Below, in pieces: positions 27,901 to 48,953 of a stretch of DNA of 64,000 nt. The position numbers were made by a program, and so were the translations under genes. The notes beneath the pieces are model-generated. The model did no database searches. It worked only from the letters and a program-made list of their open reading frames with translations, and was not told where the DNA came from. This DNA comes from Piromyces finnis finn. Taxonomy: Eukaryota > Fungi > Neocallimastigomycota. Positions within the stretch are counted from its first letter, which is position 1. Every line of letters begins with the position of its first letter. The DNA lies in the NCBI GenBank assembly GCA_002104945.1, contig MCFH01000053.1, positions 326,967-390,966 of the forward strand. Reading direction: 5' to 3'.

Positions 27901-30900
27901 ATAAATACAAATATATAAATAAATATAAATAAATAAATAAACTTATTTTCTAAAAGAGAAAAAAAAAATATTACTTTTCTGCTGATGTTAAATATTTGCA
28001 ATATTCTAATAATATTTTTCGACATAATCTTATGATTTCTGAATAATTAAAATTTGATTTTCCTTCATTTAAAAATGAAATTAACTGTGGTATAAGTGAA
28101 TTACACCAATTCATAATATTAAAAAATTTCGAATGCTAAAACATATTTGAGGGGAAATTAATAATTAATATAAATAAAAAATTCTAAACATGGAATAAAT
28201 TTATATAAAATTATTTTATTATGAGGATACATGGTGATACATACAATGCAAAGCTTATCCTCTGAAATTCGTTCATTCAGCCATTCCAGTGTTAAAAGTT
28301 GTGAATTCCAGTAACATAATAGGGATTGCTTTATAACAGTATCATTATTTTTGATAATTGTTTTAAAGTTTTTAATACTTTTAACTACTGCTTTATTAGG
28401 ATAATTATTAAGAATTGATATTCTTTTACGTAATTTTCCTAATATTTGACCATAATAGGATATAATAGTGGTTTTAACATCTACAACATTTTTCTTTTCT
28501 TCTACTTGAATAATCTTTTATTTATTTAATATTGATATATGAATAATAAAAAAAATTTTATTATTAAAAAAAAAAAAAAAAGGTAAATTAAAAGTTTATT
28601 TAAATAAATATATATTAATATTTATTATATTTTTTGTAATTCCTTCAAGTATTTACCAATTTACAAAAAGTAACAATAATTATAGATGCTGATGGCCATT
28701 CCGGTCTATCTAATACTTCTAAAACATCATTAATAAAATTACTTAAAAAGTTACGATACTCTATTTCGTTAGAAGAATCTAATTTCGATAGACGTCTTTT
28801 TGATGGTGATGACGTATTGTTGATAGTTTCTGTATAAAAAGACCGATTAATTAAATAACCTAATATTTGTTGAACATACTTATTAATTTGATCATTGATT
28901 TCTTTTGTTTTATTATTCAACTATTTTATATAAATATTAAAAATAAAAAAAAATGGTTATAAGTTATTTTAAATATTAATAATAAAAAAGTTATTGTTTT
29001 ATAGTGGAATTGGAAAACATTAATAATATATATATATTAAATATTTAAAATTTTTATAATTGTTTGCAAATTTAATTATTATAAAAAAAAAATACCTCTT
29101 CAAAAATAGTAATAAATCCACTGATAAATTTATCATTGATGGAATTATTCTTTTTTTTTCCCGAATCACTCTGTTGAATATCATCAATTCTTTTTTGTTT
29201 TTTATATATTTTTCCTAATTTAGTAAATTTATGAATGGCTTCTTCTGCTAGGGTCATTAATTCATCATTCTGACTACAACTTTGTATTAATTGCATAAGT
29301 AACGCAGATATCATTTGAATAGATTCACCATTTTCAATCTTAAAGAGATTATTTGATTTTCCTGATTTTAGTTTTGTTTTTAAAATATTCGATAGACATT
29401 CATTTAAAATTAAACTTCTATTTCTAGGAAATTTTATAAACATGGTGATTAATAAATTCATGCTTTCCATTTGGATTGTTTTAAGTCCGAAAGTAATATC
29501 TGTATTTGCTAAAGAATCAACAAAGAATGGTCCTAAACTGGTATAACAAATAGTGATTAAAACCATATCATTCAAACTCTCTGTTGTAATTAATTTATTC
29601 ATACTATTCATAAGATTGGAAATTTTTGTTGATATATAAATAATATTTTTCTTTATAGATGGTTTTAACACTTCTTTTTTCAATAATTTTAATCTTTGAC
29701 TTGTATTAAGAGTTTCATTTGAAATGGAAAAAAGTTCAATAGTTGGGTATAAAAGTTCAGATAGAGCAAATTTTATTAAATTAAATGTTGCACTTATAAA
29801 TTCTTCTGAATAATACTTTATATGGAAAGAAAAAAAAATATATATATATTTATGTATAAATGTATATATTAATATTCCGTAGAAGAAAAACTAAGATATC
29901 TAAAGTAAAAACAAACATACAAAGAAAACCTATATTACCTTTTTAGATAATTTTTCGAAACCTTTTCCCATTGCATCTTCTGAAACGCCACCACACATAA
30001 TAGAAAATCCAAAAATACAGGCATCAAAACTACAAAGCAAACGTCCAAAAATATAATTAAATTCTTTATTAATATTTTGAACATCTATATTATCATTTTC
30101 AACCACCACTGATTTCTTCTCTGTTTTTTGTTTTTTATTTGATTTTTCTTCATGCGAATTAGAGAAAAGTTTAGGGAAGAGATCAATTTTCATAGTTTCA
30201 CAATCATTAATTCTATTTTCACATATTTTTAACATTGAACTTAATAAGTCGGTATCGTCTAATGCTTCTATTAATAAACCTAAATAATGATTTTCATTTA
30301 CTTTTTGAATATAATAATTAATCTTATTAAGAGTTGACTCTGAAATTAAATTATCTGAGTCAAAATAAATTAATGTTTGCGAGTATTCTTCTCCTTTTGT
30401 AATTGTATTATATTCATTAACAATTTTTTGAAATAATTTATAACATGTTTTTACGGATTCTATATAATGAGATTACGATATATATACAATTAATTTAATA
30501 GTTTTTTTTTTTTTTAAAAAAAAAAACAGATATATATAATTTTTATTATTATTATTTAAATTACCTGGTGTATCTTCTCTAAATGCAAATTCTTGACTTT
30601 TTGATGATGATACTTGGGTGGACAAGTCTCTTTTACTGTTAACTGAGTTTTCGTTTGTTAAAGGAGAAATAACTTTTTTTTAAATATTCAAAAAAAAAAA
30701 AAATTGAAAAGATGATATAAAGATATTTATATTGAATATATTATTAATAGCAATATAAAAAAAGTAACAATAAATATAGAAAGAATAAAAAAAAATTAAC
30801 ATTATTATTATTATTTAAATTCAAAATATGATCTTATATATATTATATATAATATATTTAGTATTTACTTGATCCTTGTGATTGATTTGAATTTAAGGTA

Positions 30901-31814
30901 TATTGTTGATTAAATTTATTTTTCATTATTTTAGAAGTTTCATCCTTTTTTATCTTTATTTTTACAGTCGTTTCAGTATTTTTTATAGTTTGTGGTTTTA
31001 TAGTTTCTGAATTTATAGTTAATGGATTAGGAATTTTTGATAGTGATGTCTTTAGGTTTTCTATATAATTTGTTGGATTAATATCTAATTCAGTAGACAA
31101 TGGCTTTGGTTTATTATTTATAGTATTAGCAACATGATTAACTAATGTATGAGGTATAGAATTTGATGGCATTGGTGGAGGTGGATGTTCATTTTTTGTT
31201 TTTTGAACATATTGTTTAACATTTCTGTCAAAATATTAATCGAATAATATGCATTATATAATAGATATTACAAATAATATAGTAATAAAGATAATTTATT
31301 TATATTCAATTAGTATATATATATTTAATATATAAAAATCATCTTTTTTTTTTTATGTTTATAAAAGAATATTGAATGATTACACAAAATCAACATCGAT
31401 AGGATTTATCATATCTGCTATAGTACTTAATAATGCATTTCCAGGTTCAGTGTAAAAACCTAAACCAGCACAAAATTCTGACGCATTTTTAAATGGAAAA
31501 ACTTTTTTTTCTTCTTCTTCTATCAAACTAAAATGTGAATTTCTAGGTTTAAAGTTTTTTATTTTGCTTATATCTGTTATAAAAATTTTATATTGTTTTA
31601 TGTTATAAATTAAAATAATACATAGGAATTTCATAATGATAAAAAAAAAAAAAAAAGGAAAAATTAATTCAAATGAAAATCATTCTATTATATTTACATA
31701 TATATATATGTATATTTTTTTTTTTTTTTTTTTTTTGAAATTTTATAGTAGTTTTAATAAAGAATGAAACAAATTATTTAAAACCATCTCCTAATAATAA
31801 ATATATGTATATAT

Positions 31815-31848
<34 letters not shown>

Positions 31849-32010
31849 CGAAAAATCCACATTTTAATAATTACCATAAGAATTAATTGAATTAATTGAA
31901 CAGATAGGTTGAATTTCGAATACTTTTGAAAGATCGATTGGTAAATTTACATTTTTTATATTATCTATTGTTGGATTATTTGAATTTTCTCCATTATTAT
32001 TAGAATCCAT
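23335..32010 (-). CDS. SCC2: Cohesin loader Scc2/Nipped-B/NIPBL, multi-exon
   Basis: Motifs VLEVLDRPEWPSASIIIVTF, LLLDSVHVSVRSKVLRSI..IQDSSAVVRDASIELIGKY..RILDIGINVRKRVIKLLKDI (cohesin HEAT region), QQFLSEILE..ILEQGLVHPLK and LEYKTQEEILLVIYRI (Nipped-B C-terminal region), and KWLYGLSELRC. The start at 32010 (MDSNNNGENS) is inferred from GT-AG linkage. Confidence 0.9.
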
Positions 32011-33669
32011 GTTTTCACGATTAGTCAAAGAATTTTATATTAATGTAGGCTTCATTTAGACGAAATATATATAAATATATGAAAATATATATTAATTTAC
32101 AATTATTAATTTCCCCAATATATTTATGAAAATTATATATATATATAAAAAGCAAGATAATTTAGAATTGGTATATAAAAATTATGTATATTACATAGAA
32201 TATTTATTAATGATAATAAAAAACTATTCAATTGCTAATTAATTAAAGATTTTATATATACTATGTATTAATTGAAATTTCTAATTTTAACTATATAACA
32301 AAAAGGCAATAATAATGTTCATTCTTTGAAGGTTTCATTAAAAAAATATGTTTATTTCTTTCTCTCTCTCTTTTTTTTTTTTATGTGTGTGTGGGTTTTT
32401 TGGTTTTCATTCTTACTTTAAAAAATAAATGTTATCGTTTTTCCTTTTTAAAAGTTTATATTACATCAAACAGCTATATGTAATAAAATATTTCTTTTTT
32501 CTTAATAATAATTTAAAACTTTTAATTATAAATTTCATTTACAATTATAAAAAAGGTATTTTTGTTTTTCTTTATAATTTATGTTTGTAATTTTTATAAT
32601 TTGAATTGTTTTTTTTTTTTAAAAAAAAATATATATATATATATTAATTAAATGTAATAAAATTTGCTTAACAAAATATGTTTCTCTTAATAAATTTTAT
32701 ATTAATATAACTTTTTATTAATACTAAAATAGTAATATATGTGTTTAAAGGATTTATTTTGAATTTGTTGTATTTTTCCATATTAATATTAAATAATATT
32801 GTATAAATATATATATTATTTATATTTTATATTTTAATATATAATATTATTTTTAATAACAATTTAATTTTTTTTATTACCTATATTTTATACTTTGAAT
32901 AAAATTTAATTTGACTGATGCAAAAGCTGATGTTTTTTTTTTACTTTTTTTTTTATTATTATTATGATAATAAATTTCTTATTTTAAAAATTTTAATAAT
33001 TAATACATAATAGATAAAAAAGAAAATAAAAAAAAAGAAAGAATCTTTTTCTTATATACATATTTTTTGTTATTATTAAATGCTATTCAATAATGGAATA
33101 AAAAATTTCATTTCATAAAAAATTCGTCATCAATTACTTTTTAGAGTTAATTAAAAATTTATTTATATTATTAATTTATTTTTATATATAATATAAATAA
33201 ATAAAGGATGAAATAAAAAAATATTTCAAATTTCGATGGAGTATTATAAATTATATAATAATATTAATATTAATGATAAGAAAAAGGTTTAGAAAAATTG
33301 TTTTTTTTTTAAAATAACTATACTCATTTACAAGAGTGTAATTACATGAAAAATAATAGCAACAATAATAAAATATTTTTATAAAATATGCTTTTCTATA
33401 GGTATAAAATGAATATTTTTGAAATGATAATATATGTTATATATATATTATTTATATAATAATTTATTCATAAATATTATGAATTACAAAAAAAACAATG
33501 GCAATAATTAAGAACTTAGAAGTTTAATTTGATGATAATTCTTTTAATATTTTTACAATTAATGGATTTTTAAATTATTGAAGAGCTATTGAATTATTAA
33601 AATAAATTTAAATACATTAATATTATGTACATTTAATATATTTTGTTTTAATATTAATATATTTTTTTT

Positions 33670-35812
<2,143 letters not shown>

Positions 35813-35951
35813 TATGACAAAGTTAAATTATTTATCAATATTGGAAAAAAAAAAAAAAGCAAAAGTATAATGTAATTTTAAAAATTAAATTTGTTTATTG
35901 CTTTACTACTATTACTATTACTACTACTATTACTACTACTACTACTACTAC

Positions 35952-35983
<32 letters not shown>

Positions 35984-37026
35984 TGAATATGAATATGAAT
36001 AATATTATATAAATTAAATATATATATTTTATTTATTGAAGATATTAATATTAGAATTAATAAAAAAAAAAAAAAAAAAGAATTGTAAATGCGGTTTATT
36101 TGTTAGCACTTTTCAAAATAATACAAAAAAGCGACCTCTATTATTAAATATCACGTGAGCGTTTTTTAATTTCATAATAAATTCATTAAAATATTTTTCG
36201 TGTTACAACTATGAACATTGTATCACCTAAATTTTTAATAATAACAATAAAAAAAAGTAAATAAAATATATATAAATTTTAAAATTTCTTTTATAAAAAC
36301 GGAAAAAGTGTATCTTTAGGTAGATAATGTCTACCCAAACTTTTCTATAAGCTTTTAGGAATTTCATTTATATTTTTTATTTCTAATAAAACAAAACAAA
36401 AAAAATAACAGTAAAACTTTCAATAATCCAAATTATTATAAATGTTTTGTAAGTTCTTTTCAAAATTTAATTAAATATTTTATTATTTCCAAGTAATTAT
36501 ATTTTAATATCTTTTAATTATATTTATATATACATAGTTTTTTTTTTTTTTTTACTATTATTCTACAATCTAATATTAATAATATTAATAATATTATATA
36601 TTTATATATTTAATATTTATATATGATAATAATAGTTATATTATTTCTTTCTTTTAAAGAAAGTTGAATCTTTAATAAATATAATATTAAAAATAATTTC
36701 ATTTCTTATATTTTGAAATAATTTTTCTTTTTAATTGAATTGTTAACTTTAAATTGCTGTAAAATAAATAACATATTAATGTTATATAGAGTGATCAATT
36801 TTTTTTTATATATTTTATATTTATTTATTTATATATATATAAAAATGAAAAATTCTATAACTTAAATATTTATTTATTTAATGATTAAACTTCTTTTTTT
36901 TTTTTTTCCCTAATAATATAAAAAAAAAACTCTTATATTTAAAAAATAATATTATATAAATTAAAATATATTTATAATAATTGATAATAATATGAATGTA
37001 AGGAATAAAATATTTTATGTTGTTAT

Positions 37027-39551
37027 TTAACAAAGAGTTTCCTTGACATATTTTTCATTATTCTTTAAAAGAATTGGATAAATAGAGGTATACATTAATT
37101 CAACTACTTCTTCCTTAGCATTATCGAAAATACCAATTGTTGGAAGTGGCATTTCACTAGCAATTTGTCTGATAGTTTGGCTAGAGATGTTAACAGTAGC
37201 AATACCATTATCATCAATAAAGCTATTATGATTTTTAAAATAAAATTATAAAGATTATTAGTTTTTTATTTATTAAGAAAAAAACTATTTAATTTTTATG
37301 ATGATATTGTTGTTTGATTTATTAATAAAATAAAAAAAAAAAAACTTACTTTTTGAAGAATCTTTCATAGTATGGAAGAAGTCCCTTTGGAACTTGGGCA
37401 TTTGGATTGTAAGAGTAATTGTCCATTGCTGATGTAGTGTATGCTGCTTGAATTTGTTCTTGGTCTAAACCTTCAAAGTCATAATCATCAATAAGTCTAA
37501 TATCACCTGATTCTTCAGCCTTTTTATATTCACAATAGTAACGGTAGTTTAATTTTTGTAAAACTTGGTAGTTTTCCCAGAATAATACATTTTCAGCAGA
37601 AAATTCTTTAACACTGATGTTTCTTAATTCATTAATTAAAACTGGAGTGTTTAAGACCTTGTTAAATAATTCCTTAGAATATAATTCCTATTGATTAAAA
37701 AAAAAATAATAAAAATATTAATTTTTTTTTCTCCTTACTATAAAAATATTATTAAAAAATGTTTTAAAATATTTACAGCCTTATTGAATTTTCTGTTGGT
37801 CTTTCTGGATTTGTAATAATGGATAAGTGGTAATGTAATAGAAGTGAATAACATGTAGATTGAAACGAAGGTAAATAAAATCTTTCCACCTTTAGTAGAT
37901 TCGAAGAGATCTAAGTACATTCTACGATGGTTATTAGTGTTAACATCATAATCAATACTGGCATTAACTTGGAGAATAACATTAATAACATTGGCAATGA
38001 AAATTAAGATACAAGTACTAAGACATTCGAACTAAATAAATATGAAAAAGTTAAAACTTTTATACTTTTCATTATTAAAAGTTCATATATATATTATATC
38101 TACCTTAACACCAAAAACATTAGCATCTTTTACAAAGGTAAGTAATATTGTCATAACAAAACTAAGGAATGTATAAATACCACCAAAAATTTGAACAATA
38201 ATGAATAATGGTCTTCCTTCATTTTTCTTTAAAGAAAGCATAGCATCTCCACTTTTAGTGAAACTAGAATTAAATAATAAATAATAAGATTTATATATTT
38301 ATTAAACCTTATCCCTTTTCATTTAAAGATATAAATTATTTACCTGCAAGAGTCTGAATCACTCATTTTAACGTGAATAATAATACTTAAAATGAAAGAT
38401 ATTAACTATTTTTTTTATTATTATAATAATAATATTTTCATTAGCAAGTGACTTTAAAAACTCTTTTAATTACATATATTTTTATTTATATTTACAGTTG
38501 GGATTAAAATAACACAAGCAATGATATAGTTGATTTTCTTCATTACTTTTTTAAGATAATTACTTGGTTCAGGTACGACTTCATTATCCTTTAACTTATG
38601 ATTTAAAAGTCTTTTATTTTTGAATGCTGATACTATAATTATATATAATATAGTGTTAATTTTTTTTCTTTTGTTTTTTTCCCTAAAATTTTGTTTAATT
38701 ACCTTTGAAAATATTGAAGCGGTAGGATAAAAATACACGAAGACTTCTGCTGAAGAAACTATTTTTATTATCAATTATAATTAAAAAAAAATATTTAATA
38801 CAAAATATATATTTAATTTACTAAAAAAAAAAATATAAAAATATTCCTACATTAAGTTAACAAGAACATTTAAAATGTTGGCATTGTATGCAGATACTAT
38901 ATAAAATATATATTATTATATTAATATATGGATATTATTTATTTATTGACATTATTATTGTTATATTTACAGGCACATGGAACTTTCATCATTTGTGGGA
39001 ACTATTTACATTTAATAATATTAGATTAAATTTATTCATTATATATTTTAAATTTAATATTATTACTTACAAAGCCAAAGAATACATTTAAGAAAGTAAT
39101 TACACCACCAATAAATGACAATGTGAATCCTCTTTGACGAATAATATAAGATCTACGGTAATTGTAAAATCTTTATAAAATATTAAGAAATGAAAAGAAT
39201 AAAAAAAAGAAATGTTAATTATATTTTATAATATTTTTTAATAATATTTTTTTAAAATACTTACAAAAATAAGCAATAACCGAAGAAAATTACAAAAACA
39301 ATAAAGGCAATTTTATAGAAAACCTTTTCAAAAGTATGACCTTTTTCAGTGATAAAACCTCTTGTCTTGTATGCTTCAAATTCAGCATCGTTTACAACGG
39401 TTGTATTGAATATACTTCTCTATTAAATATTAAGGATTAATTAAATGTTATTATTTCACCTCATATATTTATTATTTATGCTCTTCTTTTATTACTATTA
39501 CTATACTATTTAATTTTTATTATATTTATTAAAACCTACTTTTTCAATCAT
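37027..39551 (-). CDS. 7TM-RGS receptor (GprK/AtRGS1-like), array copy 2
   Basis: MIEK micro-exon, IIRQRGFTLSFIGG, seven hydrophobic segments, then RGS motifs LINELRNISVKEFSAENVLFWENY...FIDDNGIATVNIS...IFDNAKEEVVELMYTSIYPILL. Stop TAA at 37027. Confidence 0.85.
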
Positions 39552-41579
39552 TTTCGTTTGAAATATTAAATTTACTTTTATTTATACAAGTATTTGTTAT
39601 GAATATAAATAATTATAAATAATTGCTTTAAATATTATTTTTCGATTTTATATTTATATTTTTTTGTTTTTATGTATTTAAATATGTTTTTTGTTTAAAA
39701 TATTTTGAAAATATGTGCGAAATTTATTCTTTTTTCTAAAAAAAAAAAATAAATAAATTAATGTTTGTTTTTTATAAACAAATGCGATAAACAAATGCGA
39801 TAGTATTTTATTGTTTATATTTAAAAAAAAAAACTAGTATATATTATTATTTAAATAGATTAATTAAAGTAAAATATTTAAATTTCTTTCAATTTTATTT
39901 TACTTTATGGAATTATTATTACTAATCTATTTATATAATAATGGTGATATTAAGATAATGAATCCTCTATTTTTTTAACCGTTTTATTATGAATAAAAAG
40001 ACAAAGAGAAAAAAATTTTTTTTATTTTATCAATTATATATTATAGAAATATTTTTTAATATAAAGGTAAATTTTGATAGAAACTTTTTTAAATTAAAAA
40101 ATAAAACCTTATTTGTTATTAAAATTGCTTTTCTATCATTAGTTATTAAAAATATAACCGTTATGAAAGATAATATTTTTAACTATAATAGAGTTTTCTC
40201 TTTTTAATTGAAAATAAAGTTCATTTGTTTAATTATATTTTTAACCATTCTCTCTTTTTTTACCATTACCACTTCTCTACCTATGTAAATACATCAATTA
40301 TTAATAAAAAGACTTTACAAATAATAATTATTTGAAATATTAATAATTATCAAATAAAATTTACTTTATTGAAACAATAAAAATAATATATTTATTAAAT
40401 AGATAATTAATTTATTTAATATAAAATTACTATTAAAAATTTTTTTCTAGATTTTTAAGAATTTAGTGCCAAAAAAAAAATTTTTTTTTTCTTATATAAT
40501 TTAATATTTATAAATAATTATTATATAATTTATATTATATATTTGACAACATATACATAATTATGTTTCTATTTGCTTTTTCTATATATAAACACAAAAG
40601 TTATATAAAGCATACTTAAAAAGTAGTATAATATAAAAATGAATTTATAATACTTTTTTTTATAATTCAAAAGTATTAAACTATTACAAATATTAAAAAA
40701 AAAAAATCAATTTTATATGCTTTTTTTTTTTACAAACCGAATTATATTTAAAAGTAACACAAAAAATGATATTTTATATTAAAAAATCTTTCCTATTAAA
40801 AATTCAATAATTAAACTTTTTTCTCTTTTTTTTAAAAAAAAACATTGACACAAAAATTAATTAAATTTTTACAAAATAAATAAATGAAATAAATTAAATA
40901 ATATATTTAATATTCTTATATTATTATATATTGTTTTTTTGTTTACCAATAGGCCAATAGGCAAAAAATTAAATCCACAATTTCACTTTAAAATCTTTAT
41001 ATACATAAAAAATAGTACACTATCAATAATTTTATTTGAAAAAAATATTCATAATCCTTATTATTAATTATAACAACAATAATGGTAATTAATAATCAAT
41101 ACTTGCTTTATTGATTACTAAATCATATGTTTTTTTTTTTAAAAAAAAAATAAGAGTATATTTTTTTAATATATTATATTTTTTTATTATATAACTTAAT
41201 ACATATTAATTTTATATATTATTATATTTAAACAGTGTATTTGTTTTTATAATATTTAATTAAAAAAATGGAATAATTATTTGGTTTCAAGATAGATTCT
41301 AATTTTAAAACACTAATTATAAAACTTTAGATTCATAAATTTATTATAGTAAAAGATATTTAACAAATAAAAAAAATTATGTATTTAAACCTTAAAAATT
41401 TTATTAAAAGGGTTTTTTTATTAACCTTATTTATTATTATATCTAATTAAATGTTAAAAATTATTATTTTAAAATTAAAAATAAAAAATACTTAATAAAA
41501 ATGCCTCCAAATTTGGTATAATTAATTCATTCTTTAAAACAATTATATAAATATATTTTTTTTAAATAATGATGACTTA

Positions 41580-44368
<2,789 letters not shown>

Positions 44369-44394
44369 TTTTAATTTTCTTATTTTTATTTAAT

Positions 44395-44398
44395 ATAT

Positions 44399-44477
<79 letters not shown>
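44395..44477. repeat. (ATTT)n microsatellite just upstream of copy 3
   Basis: Directly visible atttattt run with rare ATTTT interruptions. Confidence 0.85.
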
Positions 44478-46195
44478 CAATTTTAATGTCTGTTACTAAT
44501 ATAGTTTACTAAAAGCTTTCTATAATACAAATGCATTAAAGTATATTATAAAAAAATATAAAAAAAATTATTATTATGTTAATTTATTATGTTTAAATTA
44601 CTTTATATATATATAATAACCTTTTTTTTATAAGAATTATAACTTTTACAATTGTTAAAAATAAAGAAAGTAAAGAATAAAAATAAATAAAAGAAAAAAA
44701 AAAAAAAAAGATATTTTTTTAAAAGTCTTTTTTGTATTTTTTTTTTTTTAATTGTTTACACAAAATTTAATAAAGTTTTTTCTGTGTAAAAATATATTAT
44801 AATCAATTGAAAAATAAAATATATAAATAATACAAATTTTAAATTATTAATTTCCAATTTGACAAATCATATAAAATATTTTTTTTAAAATAAATTTTAA
44901 TAATAAAAGTTTTGACATAAAAGTTTAATATTTAATAATAGATGTTATTTTCCTTTAAAAGAATATTAATTATATATTAACAAGGATGATGATTCTATAT
45001 TTCAAAATTTAAAAAAAAAAGCATTTATTACCCTCTTTTATTATCTTTTTACTGCTACTGTTACTTCTACCTATATACTATTTTTCATTTTGAAATTTTT
45101 TTCCTTTAAAATTTTTTAATTTTATGGATAATATATAAAAAACTATTAATTTTAATTCATTTTAAATTAATAATATATGATTGCTTATAATTACAATAAT
45201 ATAATCTATTGGAATTTTTTATTAAAGCTAGTGTTACACTAAATAATAAAAATTAAATCGAAATAAATAATATATTTTATATATATTAAAATTTATTATT
45301 AATGGTTATATATAAATTAATATGTTTTAATGTTAATGTTTTAATTTTTTAAGGAGAAAAGTTTAAAAAATAATAAAACAAAAATTAAAGATTTGATCTA
45401 TAAAAATTTTAAATTTTCATATATTGGATTATATTATTAATATATTATTATTTAATTTTGATAATGGGTAAATTTTAAAATGGAGAATTCTGTATTTTGA
45501 TTTGGATAAATAACAACTAGAAAAGAAGAAAACCTTTATACAACTACGACGATGGTTATTATTATATCATTATAGATTTAAACTAAAATGATAATAAAAA
45601 AAAAGAATATCATGAATAAAGATATATCATTACATTTACTATTTGTAATTATTAATAAAACATTAAAGTAAAAAAAATAAAATAATAAAATCTAATAATT
45701 TTATTTAAAAGATTAATAATAAAAATCACAAAACAGTAGAATTGTAGATAAAAAATTCACTCCCATAAAGAAATTTAAATTATTGTTTATTCTCTTTTTT
45801 TTTTTTTTTTTTTGATTTTATTAATACTCATAACATGATACACACTGTTTATGAAAAAACAATTATATATATTATTTTTGATATTTGATATTTTATCTAT
45901 TTTATTAATCTATTTTACAGTAATTTTTATTACAAATAATTATATTTTAAATTATTAATTATTTATCATAAAAAATTATATCTATTAAATTGTGGGATAA
46001 TGATAGTAAAAAAAAAAAAAAAATAATAGTTTATTTTTTTTTTTTTTTTTAATTATATATATTTAATGTAGATTTGGATAGAAAACTTTAAATATAGTTT
46101 GTTTATTTTAAACATTTTCTTTTCCTTTTTCTTTCGAGATATGCAAAATTTTTTTATTTTTATTTTATTTTATTTTTTTTTTTTATTAATTAAAA

Positions 46196-48953
46196 CTAAT
46201 TGTCCTTTTCATATGCTTTTTATTCTTTCTTAAAAGAATTGGATAAATTGAAGAAAACATTAATTCAACAATTTCATTTTTAGCTTCATCAAATACACCA
46301 ACAGTAGGGAAAGAACACATTTCTTTGAAAATACGTTTACTTGTATCATTTGTAAGATTAACAGCTGCTGAGCCATTAATATCTATAAATCTATAGATGA
46401 TATTAATAAATAAAATACATATATATTTTTTATGAATACATTTAAATATAAATTATTAATGTTGATATAATGAAATAATTTTAATTTTATTACAAAAAAT
46501 AAAAAAAATAAAAAAAAAATTACAATAAAAATAAAAATTAATCATTTAATAGTCTTACATTTCATAGAATGAGGTATAATATGGTAGAATTTCATTTGGA
46601 ACTGGCATATTTGGTTCATAGGAATAACTATCCATTGATGAAATAGAAAAAGATTGAACTTGTTTTTGATAAAAACCTTCAAAGTCATATTGACTTACTA
46701 ATTTTTCATTACCCATTTCTTTTGCTTTTGCTAATTCCATTTGATAACGATAAACCATAGTTTGCAAAATTTGATAATTTTCCCAAAATAATACATTCTC
46801 AACTGAAAATTCCTTAATAGCAATATCTCTTAATTCATCAACTAAAGAAGGGGTATTTAAAACTTTGTAAAAATATTGTATTGAACTTTCAGCCTTTTAT
46901 TGTAAATATATTTATATATATAATAATAGATGGATTAATTAGTTAATTATATAATAAATTATAAAAATAAAATATATATAAATATAAATATTTAAAAAAA
47001 AAAAAAATTACATCTTGAAAATATTCATTTTTTTCACTTCTTGCTTTATAGTATTGAATAACAGGCAATGTTATGGAAGCAAAAAACATATATGCTGATA
47101 CAAATGTAAATAACATCTTACCACCTTTTGTCTTATCAAAAAGAAATAGGTAGATTCTTAAATGTTGTCCTTTATTCGATTTAAATACACTTCCTTCACT
47201 TGCTCCTTTTTGAAGAAGAATATTTAATATATTGCTTATAATAATCATTATAGATACTGTCAAACATTCAAACTTTAAAACATTATAATTAAAAAAGACA
47301 ATACAAATATATTTATTAAATTTATATTATTAATATGATGAAATCGTCATCATCATAATAAAGAATTATAATAAGTATATTTACCTTAACACCATATTTA
47401 TTAATATCTTTTACATAAAATAACCCTATTGAGATAATAATACAGAGTATCATATAGAGTCCACTATAAGCCATGACAATATAAAATAATTCTTTTCCAG
47501 CATTATTTTTTAATTTTAATAATCCATCTTCAAATTCTTTATACCTTTATAAAAAAAAAATATTTTTTTTTTGTTTAATATTACTATTACTATTATTATT
47601 ATAATTTCATTTTTTCTTTTACTTACGAGCACTGTAGTCTTTCAGGTCCCATAACACTATAGACAATTACCGAATATAAAAAGCCAATCAACTATAATTA
47701 TTTTAAAAATAATACAAATAGTTAACTTTTACCCATTTATAAAAATTATTAATATAATAGTATTTGTATTTTTCTATATTTACTGAAGGAATAGTGATAA
47801 AAAGAATAATAATCCATTTAATTTTTTTATAAATTCTTGGTAAATAGTAATTTGGCTCAATTCCATCATTTAGTTTCTTTTTCTTAACAGATGAAACTTT
47901 TTTTTTTTTTAAGTTTTATTAGTATTATTATTTTAAAATTATTAATTATTATAATCATATCATATTATTATAATATATATGATATGATTCAAGGTAATAC
48001 CTTTGAAAATATTGTAACGATATAATAAAATTACACGAAAACTTCTTGAAATAAAGCTATATATAAAATAAAAAAGTAAAAAAATAATTAATATAGATTA
48101 TTATATTACACTGTATAATTACTCTAATTATTCATATATTACTTACATTAAATTAACAATGGTATTTAAAACATTTGCTTGAAAAACAGTGACTATATAA
48201 TAAAGTTGAAATTTTTATCAATATTTTAATATGGTTTTATTTAAAATTTTAATATTAAAATAAATATATCATACTCATGCAGTTAGTTTTAAATAGTTGA
48301 GATGCCTATATTATTTATACATTCATACATATATATAAATATATTTATTAGTTATTATTTTTTTTTCTTGTTGAAATTAATTTATTACCACCAATTATAT
48401 ATAGTATCAAAAAAAAAAATGAAAACAAATTCTTAATTATTTACAAAACCATGGACTACATTTAAGAATGCTGCTAAACCTCCAATAAATGTTAAAACGA
48501 AATTTCTTTGACGAATAAAATAGACTTTATATAATTTGTGAAATCTTTAAAATGGTTTATATCGTTTAATTATTATCCATTTTAATATAATGTTACATTA
48601 TTAAAAATAGTAATATTAATTAGATATATATAAATTATATATTTACAAGACCAATGATACGAGAGCCAATATTATAAAAAGGTAAAATAAAATATTATAT
48701 ATTGTTTTTTCAATGAAAAATTTATTCTTTTCCTGAACAAAACCAATGGTTAAATATTCTTGATATTCAGTTTCATTAGCATAACCCCATATGGAATTCT
48801 ATATTTTTTTTAAAAGTATAGATGTTAATTTGAATTTCTTTTTAGAACGCTATGTACTTAATTTACTTATTTTTAACTATACATTATTTTAAAATATATT
48901 TGAATAATAATGGTTTTTCTTTTTTTTTTTACCTTAAATGTTGAATTTGACAT
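46196..48953 (-). CDS. 7TM-RGS receptor, array copy 4
   Basis: First exon MSNSTFK, then FIRQRNF, TKGGKMLFTFV, KEFSVENVLFWENY, AAVNLT, VFDEAKNEIVELMFSSIYPILL. Stop TAG at 46196. Confidence 0.85.
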
